Source of the DNA: Rhizophagus irregularis
Lineage: Eukaryota
Reading direction: 5' to 3'
DNA: 64,000 nucleotides
Assembly: GCF_026210795.1 (NCBI RefSeq)
Contig: NC_089432.1
Location: forward strand, 2,666,001-2,730,000
The translations under genes and the position numbers were made by a program. Shown here in pieces: positions 63,531-64,000 of this stretch. The notes under the pieces were generated by a model. That model ran no database searches and was not told where the DNA came from. It worked only from the letters and a program-made list of their open reading frames with translations. How positions within the stretch are numbered: the first letter of the stretch is position 1; each line of letters begins with the position of its first letter.

Positions 63531-64000
63531 TCTAAACATAAATTAAACTCTGTTTTTTTACTCGTATATTTAATTATTTTAAGATAAATCAAAGGTGAAG
63601 AAATATTTAAAATATTTTGAGAGGGGTTTTTTTTTTTGATCAGACTATTATAAATTGAAAGCAATCACTTTTGTTTTAGCAATTTTTACAATTTTCTATT
63701 TATTATTATATTAAAATTTTTTTAATAAATAAGCAGGATGAGGTAGCTCAATATATTGTAATTGCAAATATATAAAACATGAAGTTAGAAAAAATATGGA
63801 TTAAGCCAAACAGTTAAATAAGGATTATTACGAGGTGCCTAATAAGATACTTATTTTATTATTAGTTATGACTAATTTGGTTAAAATAAATGGTTTATCA
63901 TAAAAAACTGACATTGCAGTAAATAATTTAATAATTCCTGGTATGTTGTTAACGTTTTTATGTAAATGAAAATAATGTTTCACTGTTACTGATTAATTTA

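Overview
AT-rich eukaryotic (fungal) DNA with short GT-AG introns. The gene families present (kinase+Sel1, F-box-like, BTB-TLDc, HSPA12-like, Crinkler-like, MATA-HMG) are typical of arbuscular mycorrhizal fungi such as Rhizophagus; this assignment is inferred, not searched. Five genes look intact: three kinase-Sel1, one F-box-like and one BTB-BACK-TLDc. They are mixed with many pseudogenes and DNA transposons. The main structure is a decayed autonomous Helitron (HUH Rep + PIF1 helicase, with an upstream putative OB-fold gene). Its RepHel ORF is split, at a junction resolvable to the base, by a second opposite-strand 3.7-kb non-autonomous Helitron that carries its own putative OB-fold gene. Other elements are a 4-kb element with ~450-bp GC-rich TIRs containing a nested CCCTA-ended element, an internally deleted CMC/Plavaka-like two-gene transposon, and several MITEs. 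Two stretches remain unexplained: a 447-bp tandem array built from a highly base-paired ~348-nt GT-AG intron plus a non-coding 99-nt exon (candidate intronic ncRNA host), and a structured GC-richer segment with an Sm-site-like motif at ~31.6-31.8 kb.
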